A DNA stretch of 64,000 nt from a virus. The notes under the pieces were generated by a model. That model was given only the letters and a program-made list of their open reading frames with translations, did not search any database and was not told the origin of the DNA. The stretch covers positions 1 to 64,000 of IMG/VR virus record IMGVR_UViG_3300024329_000007, one strand, 5' to 3'. The position numbers and the translations under genes are program-made. Of this stretch, positions 27,447 to 35,742 are shown one piece after another (positions within the stretch are counted from its first letter, which is position 1; every line of letters starts with the position of its first letter).

Positions 27447-29519
27447 TTATGCTAGTGATGATTGTAAAATTCCTGCACATTTTCCGTAGTCACCATCGCA
27501 TTTTTTTAATATGCCGGCAACAACCTCGTCTGCTTTAGCCTCATCAAATTCTTCTCCAAAAGCTTTTTGTAATACTTCGTATGCGTATTCTTTAAAATCT
27601 TCTTCAGATTTAATTTCAGCCTCGTTTACAGATTCAAAAAGAGAATTAAAATCATCTAATAAAGATTGTCCCATTCTTTCTTCTTTAAGCTCTTGTAAAA
27701 ATAGAGCAGTTCCTTCAACAATCCCTTGGCCAGACCATCCTGCCGCATTAGCGATATCTGAATAGTATTTGTCTAGAATCCTTTTTAAAGTAGTAGTTCC
27801 TAGTTTTACAAAGTGTCCACCTAGACCTGGTAACTTAATCTCTAAAGCCGCCATTTTACCTTTAATGTTTCTAGAAACAATTTTTTCTCTATGGAAGTTA
27901 GCGTCTGTCATTGCTTCTTCAAAAAGATATTTAACACAACCTCTAATAGACTCATGAGACATTGCACCAAAATCTGGTAAAGTCTTATAGAATATTTTCT
28001 TATATTGTGTAACTACCTTTTTAGCATCTCTTTTGCCGTCAACTTTAATAGCTTCATTAACTACTGATTCATTGCACATTGAAACTAATTCTTGTGCAAT
28101 CTTTTTTGCTTTAGAACCTTTATGTCCATAAGATTCAACTGTATCTAAAGCATCTTCCATTTCCATGCCATGTAATTCTCCCATGTCTCCTCCTCTTTCA
28201 TCTAAAAGATCCTGTAAGATATTTTCAGCTTCTGATTCATTAACTACTGATTCAAAATAATCTTCATAGTCAGAGATTGAGTCTGGTCCCCATACATCAG
28301 CTAAAACTTTTTCGATATCTTCTCTTTTACCGGTTAATTTAACTTCTGGGTAACCGTGGTCACCTTCTTCTTTTTGAACTTTCATTTTAACTTTATTCTT
28401 CTTTAAAGATGTAGTTAAGGGTTTAAATTTAGTTGGGTGTATATCGTCATCGTTTCCAAATTCTATACCCGAAAGAGATGTTTCATTAACAACTGATTCA
28501 AAGGTTGATGATGGCATTAGTTCTTTATCGCCATATATGTCTGCTACCAACCAATTTTTATTCTCTTCATCCCATAAATAAACCCACTCAGCGCCGGCTC
28601 CATTTGAAACATCATTTAAATATTGGTCTACTTTTTTATATTGTCCTGTTGTTTGCATGTCACCGCTTTCACCACGATCTCTTCCGTAAAAAATAGTATA
28701 ACCTCTAGTCGGATTAGAAAAACTATGTTTCTTACCTATTGATTTATCTAAAAATGAAATACCAGCCTTTCCTAATTTCATTAATTGCTTAATGTCACTT
28801 TCGCTATATCCTTTTAACATTGGTAGCATGTGCTCTGGGTAACCATCAGAATGTACGTATGTTGATGTGATTTTACCACTCTTACTAAGAATACCAATTT
28901 GAGATCTAGTTGATTCGTTAACCGCAAGCGACTCAAATGCTGGAACTAACTCTGCGTTTCCGTCTACATGTAGCATATACCATTTACCATCTCGCTCGTC
29001 AAAAAGATAAACATATTCTGCCCAACCAATATCTTCTAGATATTTAGACATGTTTTTAATCTTTCCTTTTTGATTTTCCATGTCGCCATAGTAATTCATA
29101 TACCTTGGGTCTTCTTCTAATCCAGAGCTACCTCCATTTTTAAGAACCATGTTTAGTGGCGAACCACCCTTTAAATATGTCATCTTAATAAGTGGTAACA
29201 TTGCTTCTGGATAAGAATCAGCATGTGTGTATACACTTTCTATATTACCTCTTTTGTCTATTTTACCAAAATGGCCTCTAGTGGCTTCTGTTAGTAATAA
29301 AATAGACTCATTAAGGCCTAAATTTTTTAACTTGTCAAAAAATTCAAATCTTTTTTCTTCTTCTAATTCTTTTATTCGAGTTACTCCATATTCAGATAAA
29401 AGTTCTTTAAATAGATCTGCTTCGTTAGATCTTTTAGCGTTCTGTTTTTTCTCTAATGCAACAGTATCTTTTTCATGTTTTGCTGCAGAAAATTCAGCAA
29501 ATGAATTTAATTTCTTCAT
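27447..29519 (-). CDS. Modular putative virion-internal polyprotein, 690 aa
   Basis: MKKLNSFAEF leader; junctions LLTE, ESLAVNE, 3x ESVVNE, ESVNE; two tandem (A/S)TR..HxDxYPE modules. Confidence 0.6.
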   Translation of the reverse strand: MKKLNSFAEFSAAKHEKDTVALEKKQNAKRSNEADLFKELLSEYGVTRIKELEEEKRFEFFDKLKNLGLNESILLLTEATRGHFGKIDKRGNIESVYTHADSYPEAMLPLIKMTYLKGGSPLNMVLKNGGSSGLEEDPRYMNYYGDMENQKGKIKNMSKYLEDIGWAEYVYLFDERDGKWYMLHVDGNAELVPAFESLAVNESTRSQIGILSKSGKITSTYVHSDGYPEHMLPMLKGYSESDIKQLMKLGKAGISFLDKSIGKKHSFSNPTRGYTIFYGRDRGESGDMQTTGQYKKVDQYLNDVSNGAGAEWVYLWDEENKNWLVADIYGDKELMPSSTFESVVNETSLSGIEFGNDDDIHPTKFKPLTTSLKKNKVKMKVQKEEGDHGYPEVKLTGKREDIEKVLADVWGPDSISDYEDYFESVVNESEAENILQDLLDERGGDMGELHGMEMEDALDTVESYGHKGSKAKKIAQELVSMCNESVVNEAIKVDGKRDAKKVVTQYKKIFYKTLPDFGAMSHESIRGCVKYLFEEAMTDANFHREKIVSRNIKGKMAALEIKLPGLGGHFVKLGTTTLKRILDKYYSDIANAAGWSGQGIVEGTALFLQELKEERMGQSLLDDFNSLFESVNEAEIKSEEDFKEYAYEVLQKAFGEEFDEAKADEVVAGILKKCDGDYGKCAGILQSSLA
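28053..28500 (-). repeat. Three dispersed in-frame repeats encoding ESVVNE
   Basis: TTCATTAAC(T/A)ACTGATTCA at 28053-28071, 28236-28254 and 28482-28500 (plus strand). Confidence 0.9.
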
Positions 29520-29552
29520 CTTTTATATTTTTTTATTTTTTATAGTATTAGA

Positions 29553-31061
29553 TTATATATCCCCCTCAAAAGTTACGTTTTTAATATCATACTTAAACTT
29601 CTGTTCTTTATAGATTTTCTGCCTAGCTTTTGAGTGTCTTATTAAGTAGTTATCCCAATCCGGTGAGCTTAAGTCATCTACAAAGTCAATAATGTTTACA
29701 CTATCCTTTGATTTATGTTGCCTTAAACCTCTACCAATAGATTGCCTAATGATTACTTCTGATTTAAATGATTCTGTAAAGAATATGTTGTGGATTTTCT
29801 TGATGGATATACCAGTTGAGAATGTACCGTATGAAGCGACGATAACGACTTCTTCTCCGGCTTCCATTTTCTTTTTATATTCTTCTCTAATATCTTTATC
29901 AATTCCGCCATCAACATAATAAACTATTTTATTACTTTCTTGCCTAAGTTTGTCATATATCTTTCGGCCATGTTCAATTCTGTGAAAAAGAACGAGGCTA
30001 TTTCTCTTAACTCTTGAAATTACACTTGTTATAAAGTTAAGTCTTCCAGGGGAATTAATTATATAGTTCTGTTCAAATTTAAAAACATCCTTGCTTTCAT
30101 ATCTATTCTGTGACATCTCTCTAAAAGCATCCTTTGTAGATTGTGCAGCATAATCCATTTTAATTACCTTAACGTGACATTGTGCAATATGTCCTTCATT
30201 TTGTAAAAAGTTTGCAGACACCTCCGTAATTACCGGTCCAGTATAAGCCATAAGAGTAAGTCTATCCAATGTGTTTGCTTTTGGTATTGTACCAGAGAGT
30301 CCGCTTCTATATTCAGCGTTAACACATTTTTGTAGAATAGTTTTAATTGATGTAGACTTGGCCTTATGTGTTTCATCAATAATAACAGCATCAAACTGTT
30401 CAAAATATTCTTTATCTTTTTTAACAAGGGATTGATAAGTACCAACTACTACATTTCTACCCGGCCTAATCTTTTGGCCAGAATAGATTTGTTGTACTTT
30501 AATATTTGCCCTGCCTTTCCAATTATAGTCTAAAAAATCTTCAGTGGCCTGTACTACAAGAGAAACATTAGGTACAATAAAGAGTATTCTTTTTGCCTTT
30601 TGTTTTTCTAACATATATGCTACTGTAAGAAATGAAATTAAAGTTTTCCCGGCAGAAGTTGCTAATTCAGATAAGCACTTTCTAAATTTAAGGATGTTAA
30701 ATGCAGCCTCAATCTGATAATCTCTTGGAGTTATTTGAGAGCCCTCAAAAAATTCTAAGGCCCATTCGGTAAAAGTTTCTTGATTAATATTTCTATCAAA
30801 CAATTCAGTAATACCATTTATTTTTAATTCGTATTTATATTCTTTACAAACATTCATCACTTCTCGCCAAAGACCAGAAGGAATCCATTTGTCATCTTTT
30901 ATATAAGATATGTAGCCATCCCATAGTCCCTTTTTAACCAATGGGTGAAATCTCCAATTTTCTACCCTACGGTTTAAAGAAATATTGAGCTGTTCGATTT
31001 CCATTTCTGTAGCCGAATCAACTCTTAGCAATTGCTTATTATCTGTTAAACTTATTTCCAC
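29553..31061 (-). CDS. uvsW: SF2 RNA-DNA/DNA-DNA helicase
   Basis: PRDYQ, TSAGKT, DETH, SGT, STGISI, QSIGRGLR. Confidence 0.95.
   Translation of the reverse strand: MEISLTDNKQLLRVDSATEMEIEQLNISLNRRVENWRFHPLVKKGLWDGYISYIKDDKWIPSGLWREVMNVCKEYKYELKINGITELFDRNINQETFTEWALEFFEGSQITPRDYQIEAAFNILKFRKCLSELATSAGKTLISFLTVAYMLEKQKAKRILFIVPNVSLVVQATEDFLDYNWKGRANIKVQQIYSGQKIRPGRNVVVGTYQSLVKKDKEYFEQFDAVIIDETHKAKSTSIKTILQKCVNAEYRSGLSGTIPKANTLDRLTLMAYTGPVITEVSANFLQNEGHIAQCHVKVIKMDYAAQSTKDAFREMSQNRYESKDVFKFEQNYIINSPGRLNFITSVISRVKRNSLVLFHRIEHGRKIYDKLRQESNKIVYYVDGGIDKDIREEYKKKMEAGEEVVIVASYGTFSTGISIKKIHNIFFTESFKSEVIIRQSIGRGLRQHKSKDSVNIIDFVDDLSSPDWDNYLIRHSKARQKIYKEQKFKYDIKNVTFEGDI
29554..29561 (-). promoter_or_regulatory. 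GATATATA late-type promoter of the internal-protein operon
   Basis: Motif overlaps the end of uvsW, about 35 nt upstream of the 690-aa gene; it recurs before other late genes. Confidence 0.6.
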
Positions 31062-31082
31062 TTAATGTGTTTTTGTTTCTTT

Positions 31083-31505
31083 TTATAGATCCTTTAATGC
31101 CAATCTATTTCGGATTGCAAAGCCCATATTATCTAGGGTTTTGACCGATTCTCTAAAAAAATCTAATTGATTTTCTAGATGTGATAGTATCATGTTCTCA
31201 TTTGAAAGATCAGTTTCAATAAACTTTTCTTTTTGCTTCTCACCAAGCTTATAGTCATATTCATAATAACGAATATAAGCCTCTCGATACCTAACACTTA
31301 TTTTTGATTTTTGCTCTTTAATCTTAACATTCATATATGCCATTTGATCTATAAGAGTCTGTCTAGAAGATAGCACATCTGCTATAGTGCCTTCCATTGT
31401 ATTAATATTACGAAGGCTTTGTGCGAGTGCTTTAATTTTATTAGACCACTCTGTTCTTTGGGTACTTAACTTAGCATCCAAATTTAATATTTGTTCTTTA
31501 CTCAT
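31083..31505 (-). CDS. uvsY: Recombination mediator
   Basis: 140-aa helical protein next to uvsW; RYY...IETD...L.NMGFAIRN pattern. Confidence 0.75.
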   Translation of the reverse strand: MSKEQILNLDAKLSTQRTEWSNKIKALAQSLRNINTMEGTIADVLSSRQTLIDQMAYMNVKIKEQKSKISVRYREAYIRYYEYDYKLGEKQKEKFIETDLSNENMILSHLENQLDFFRESVKTLDNMGFAIRNRLALKDL

Positions 31506-31515
31506 TTATGTTTAT

Positions 31516-31740
31516 TTAAAATAAAGATTTATCATCACCTCGCTTGGGCTTTATGTAAACGCTGGTTTTTTGTTTCTTTTTAAACTTGGGTTTACCAGGA
31601 TCAAAAGCAACACTTTCCGGTTTATGCTCAATTGGTGTAAAGTCAATAAGTAATTTAAGGTTTTTAAATCTACTCTTGTCTCTATAAAAATCTTCTAAGT
31701 TATCTTCCACTATATCGTTAATATCTTCTATAAGTACCAT
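31516..31740 (-). CDS. Hypothetical protein
   Basis: 74-aa ORF overlapping the primase 3' end. Confidence 0.55.
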   Translation of the reverse strand: MVLIEDINDIVEDNLEDFYRDKSRFKNLKLLIDFTPIEHKPESVAFDPGKPKFKKKQKTSVYIKPKRGDDKSLF

Positions 31741-32804
31741 AAGTCTAATTGGTTTGATGTGAAATAATTATTAATTTGCTTATGTGCATTTGACTTAAGC
31801 TCAAAACATTTTAACATCAAATCATTTAAATCTTTGATATTATATTTATCTAGATTATTATCTTTAAGAAATTTAGACCACATAAATACTGATTTACCTT
31901 TTTTAAGTTTTTCAATCATTTTAGAGCGTCCTGTTTTATCATTATCAAACATATATCTAACCGTAGCCATTTCGTCAAACTCATCTGTAGTTCTACCAGC
32001 AGTTGCTAAAGCAATAGAGTTATGCATAAACTTAGCATCAAGTGGCCCTTCAAAAAGAGTTACTGGTCTTTGAAAGTTAATTTGCATAATACCAAATAAG
32101 GTTGATGCCTTATTCATATTGCCTAATAATGTTGGTTCTACTTCAAGTTGATTTCCCATTTCAGAATAGAGTTTTGATAGATCGTAAGTTAGATACCTAG
32201 AACCATAGCCCTTCATTTTTCTAGTTTGAGCTCCCATCACCTTTCCAGTATTGGTCATATTAAGAATCCAAAGTCGATGGCCCTTTTCTGTATAAAGGAA
32301 TTCATCGGTTCTATTATGAAGAAGTCTATCTTTTAATTGAAACCAAATCCAATCACCAGGTTCAACTGGCTTAGCTTTAAAAGACTTTTTAAAATCATCA
32401 AGTGTTATTGCATATTCTTCAACTGAACTCATTACAGCATGCTTAAGCGTGTCCTCTGAGTTTATTTTGACCTTATTCTGTTGAATATAGTCAATTACTG
32501 TAAAAGCATCATCAGAATTACTAAGCTTAATGCCATGGTCTTTTAATAAAGAATGGATATTTGTATGTTCGCTGCAGTTATAACAATGATATTGAAGCGT
32601 ATCCCAATACATGTTACCACGCTTTTTAGTATGGTCTGTATGTGAATCGCCACAATAAGGACATGCCAGGGTTATTCGCCCTGGCATGCTCTTAAGAAGT
32701 TGTTTACTAGGAGAAGAGTGTTCTTGTACGCAAAGTTCCTTTAACGCTTTTTTAATTCTTTCTCTTAGTTCTTCCGTTAATTGTATATTAGATGTCGAGG
32801 TCAT
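31728..32804 (-). CDS. 61: DNA primase (T4 gp61)
   Basis: Zinc finger CPYCGDS...HCYNC, TOPRIM EGPLD, DND, KDLND. Confidence 0.92.
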   Translation of the reverse strand: MTSTSNIQLTEELRERIKKALKELCVQEHSSPSKQLLKSMPGRITLACPYCGDSHTDHTKKRGNMYWDTLQYHCYNCSEHTNIHSLLKDHGIKLSNSDDAFTVIDYIQQNKVKINSEDTLKHAVMSSVEEYAITLDDFKKSFKAKPVEPGDWIWFQLKDRLLHNRTDEFLYTEKGHRLWILNMTNTGKVMGAQTRKMKGYGSRYLTYDLSKLYSEMGNQLEVEPTLLGNMNKASTLFGIMQINFQRPVTLFEGPLDAKFMHNSIALATAGRTTDEFDEMATVRYMFDNDKTGRSKMIEKLKKGKSVFMWSKFLKDNNLDKYNIKDLNDLMLKCFELKSNAHKQINNYFTSNQLDLWYL

Positions 32805-33699
32805 TCAAAAAAGAATCTAAATCATCATCCGTACTAACTTTAGAATCTGTACTTGCAGTTGTAGTTGCAGAACCTGCAGTTTCTGCTACTTTAGCTGGTG
32901 CTGGTTTTTCTTCTTTCTTTGCAGATCCGGTTATGGCTGCAATAGACTCTCCTGGGTTAAGGTACATACGAAGTACATCGTTAACAAAGCTACGCATATC
33001 TTCATCCCATGCTCTGTAGTCATAGTTAGCTAATGATGGTGCATTGTCTAATTCTGTTTTGATCGTCGCCATTGTCTCTTTATTTCTTTCAGCTGGTGCA
33101 TCTTCTAAGATAATTGCTGATTTACTTGCAGAGAATTTAGACTTGTCATAGTTGTTGTATTCACCTTGTCTTGTGATAATCAACTCAAAGTTCTTTCCTT
33201 CAAAAAGGTCAAATACTTGTGTTGGCTCCCCAAAGTCTGGTTTTAATTCAGCATCGATCTTCTCTTTGATCTTATACCCGAATTTAAATACTTTGTACTG
33301 TCCTTCTAAATCTGGATTTTGTGGATCCTTTACGATTTTAATAAGTGCATAATACTGCTGACGTCTTTTCAGTTTCTCAGATGCCTTACGGTCAACTGCT
33401 GAGTCAGACTTTCTTAATTTCCAAAATACGTCTGCAATAGGACATTTCTCTCCGATTGTTGATGGACTGTCTACTAATTTACCATCTCCTGAAGAGTTAG
33501 TTAACCAGTGGACATATTTTTGGATTAGTGAGTTACGAGGGTTTTCTGGATTAGGTACAAAACGTATTAATGCTTTGTAAGTTCCGTCTTTACCATCGTC
33601 TGCTGTTGGTTTGTAAATCTCATTTGTTGAGTTACTTGTTTGTACTTGGTGAGTTTCTACGTCTTCTACGCCCAAGTTAAAAATGTCAAAATCTGCCAT
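32788..33699 (-). CDS. 32: Single-stranded DNA-binding protein (T4 gp32)
   Basis: ALIRFVP, KCPI, KVFKFG.KI, FDLFEGKNF, NYDKSKF, acidic tail DDDLDSFLNDL. Confidence 0.93.
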   Translation of the reverse strand: MADFDIFNLGVEDVETHQVQTSNSTNEIYKPTADDGKDGTYKALIRFVPNPENPRNSLIQKYVHWLTNSSGDGKLVDSPSTIGEKCPIADVFWKLRKSDSAVDRKASEKLKRRQQYYALIKIVKDPQNPDLEGQYKVFKFGYKIKEKIDAELKPDFGEPTQVFDLFEGKNFELIITRQGEYNNYDKSKFSASKSAIILEDAPAERNKETMATIKTELDNAPSLANYDYRAWDEDMRSFVNDVLRMYLNPGESIAAITGSAKKEEKPAPAKVAETAGSATTTASTDSKVSTDDDLDSFLNDLDI

Positions 33700-33786
33700 A
33701 ATTCCTTTAAATTGTTTAATTGTTTAATACTTGAAATAACTTTAATGTCCTTTCATTCCTTATAGTATGCTACTTTATTTAGTTTC
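33700..33786 (-). promoter_or_regulatory. Gene 32 leader: GAAAC-N17-TATAA promoter, four UUAAA repeats and an AAAGGA ribosome-binding site
   Basis: Promoter at 33760-33786; TTAAA (minus strand) at 33741-45, 33723-27, 33715-19, 33706-10. Confidence 0.6.
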
Positions 33787-33967
33787 AAATAGTTTGCAAT
33801 GTTAATATCGTACTTTCATTTTCTCTCCATCTACCGTCCTTAAGCTTAAGCAGCCCTGCCTTGTGTAGTAATGTATCACGCTCAATTGCAGTGATTTTAT
33901 TATCTTTCACCATTTTTATTAGGACTCTGTCTAGACTGAGAAAGTCAGTAGTAACTAACATATACAA
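33785..33967 (-). CDS. Small hypothetical protein
   Basis: 60-aa ORF behind overlapping promoter motifs at 33998-34024. Confidence 0.55.
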   Translation of the reverse strand: MYMLVTTDFLSLDRVLIKMVKDNKITAIERDTLLHKAGLLKLKDGRWRENESTILTLQTI

Positions 33968-34124
33968 GTTATTTTAATTGTTTAAGTAACATATAGGTTA
34001 TATATCTAAGTTTAAAATTGTTTCTAAATTAGCTTAAAAAAATTAATTTGAAAAAAAGTTGAAATAGTTTGGAACAAAGCCAGTAGGCTTGCATATAAGT
34101 AATGTATTTAAAGGAAAGATAAGG

Positions 34125-34775
34125 TTAGTTCAGAGCGTTAGCAGTATAAGCTACAAGATAGCAAGCATCAATAAGGTCATCAAAAGGTTTAGGCACCTTT
34201 TTCCCAGTTTCAATTTCCCTAACATATTTATAGAAAGAGCTTTTAAGCAGAGACTTGTCATTAGCGGTATTTGCTTTAAAGGCATCAAATAATTGTAGCT
34301 TACTCATATTACCTTTACCTGCAAACTTCTTAAGAGAGGTTGGAGCTACAGTCAAGATATCTTCCGGCTTTAAAGTCTTTATCATCTTTAATTTTAAAAT
34401 AGCAGCACCTGCTGCCATGTCAATCATATTATTAGTTCCCATTTTAGAACCATAAGAAGAGCCTTCAAATGCAATAGTAAATCCATCAGATTCAAATGTA
34501 TTCTGTGCAATTAAATTAAGAATATCATCAGCCATCCTGTCATATCTTTTAACTTTAGCTAATTCTGATTTTGAATAATCTTTATTACTTGTGAAATCTG
34601 GCTGAGCCACTAATGTGACATCTGGTAAAATGCTAATTTCTTCCTGCATTTTTTGTTCAGCCTTAGTACCTGATTTAGGCTTAAGATAACTTATAAAGTG
34701 ATACACTTTACTTTTATCATTCCAGATACAAATACCTGGTGAGTTTAATGAGAAGTCTACTCCTATAAAATTCAT
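34125..34775 (-). CDS. RuvC-like Holliday junction resolvase
   Basis: IGVDFSLNSPG, FEG, PTSLKKFAGKGN..K, DDLIDA. Confidence 0.85.
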   Translation of the reverse strand: MNFIGVDFSLNSPGICIWNDKSKVYHFISYLKPKSGTKAEQKMQEEISILPDVTLVAQPDFTSNKDYSKSELAKVKRYDRMADDILNLIAQNTFESDGFTIAFEGSSYGSKMGTNNMIDMAAGAAILKLKMIKTLKPEDILTVAPTSLKKFAGKGNMSKLQLFDAFKANTANDKSLLKSSFYKYVREIETGKKVPKPFDDLIDACYLVAYTANALN

Positions 34776-35150
34776 TTAAATTCTTTTACCCATTGCAGCA
34801 CCAAGAGCGGCACCAACTAATCTGGAAGTTAATAAATCGTAAAAAATACCTTTTTGAATTCCTAAAACTTTAGCAATAACCTTTCCAATTGATTTACCTA
34901 ATGCAAATCCAGCTAAACCACCTATAATAGAACCTAGAATACCTTCATTAGTCATCTCTTCATTTAAACGATCTAAATCATAAGTACCATCCTTTCTTTT
35001 ATATTCAGCTTCAAATGCTTCAATAGCCGCATCTACTTCAGCTTCTAATTCTGGAGTCCACTCTTCTTGTAAGCCCTCTTTGACTAAAGAATAGTCCTGC
35101 TCACTAATTTCGTTTTCTACTAAATAATCGTTAAATGTTTTCATATTCAT
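34776..35150 (-). CDS. Putative virion-internal protein with a glycine-zipper membrane segment
   Basis: MNMKTFNDYLVE leader, acidic N-half, then NE|GILGSIIGGLAGFALG...LVGAALGAAMG. Confidence 0.6.
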   Translation of the reverse strand: MNMKTFNDYLVENEISEQDYSLVKEGLQEEWTPELEAEVDAAIEAFEAEYKRKDGTYDLDRLNEEMTNEGILGSIIGGLAGFALGKSIGKVIAKVLGIQKGIFYDLLTSRLVGAALGAAMGKRI

Positions 35151-35177
35151 AATATTTTTTATAAAGTATATATCTTT

Positions 35178-35729
35178 TTATTCTATTTCTAGTCTAAGAT
35201 CTAGTTTATTGTAAAAAAATGAAACCTCAAATGTATTAAACTCTGCTACGTTCTGTGCCATATTAAGACTTAATTCATTTATTGAGTTCATAATCGGTTT
35301 TTGAAATTCCATATATGCAACAGAAGCTCCCTCGGCATCTAAAATTCTTAATGTTAAAGGCTGAGTATAAGGTTCTTTTGTACTTCTTGCATAATAATAA
35401 AGCAATGTGTCCATCATAATCCAATAATTAATAAAACCATCTAATAATTGCATGGTCACTGTAAATTCTCTTTGAATTGTATTTTGAATTGGAACTGCTC
35501 CCCTGTGATACCTTGTGGTTCCATCATTATCAGCTTGAGTAATTGGATCAAAAGAAATTCCTGGCACATTAATACCCTGTATAGAATAATTAATATAATC
35601 AATAGGCTCTGCTAATAAAGATCCCGGAATTCTATTTAAATACGATTTGTATTTATTTGCAACTTCTTCTGGTACAAATTTTCTAGGAAATCTAAAATCA
35701 TAAAGGTTATTTCTGCTATTTAAAATCAT
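35178..35729 (-). CDS. Tail-tube-fold protein (T4 gp3/gp19-like)
   Basis: IQGINVPGISF, FTVT, LRILD, P.....LSL, TFEVSFFY. Confidence 0.65.
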   Translation of the reverse strand: MILNSRNNLYDFRFPRKFVPEEVANKYKSYLNRIPGSLLAEPIDYINYSIQGINVPGISFDPITQADNDGTTRYHRGAVPIQNTIQREFTVTMQLLDGFINYWIMMDTLLYYYARSTKEPYTQPLTLRILDAEGASVAYMEFQKPIMNSINELSLNMAQNVAEFNTFEVSFFYNKLDLRLEIE

Positions 35730-35742
35730 AATATCTTATATC

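Noticed and set aside
22418-28500. Dispersed 19-32-bp repeats as a CRISPR array
   Set aside because: Spacing is 180-690 bp and in frame within long ORFs; the repeats encode a peptide linker and no cas genes are present
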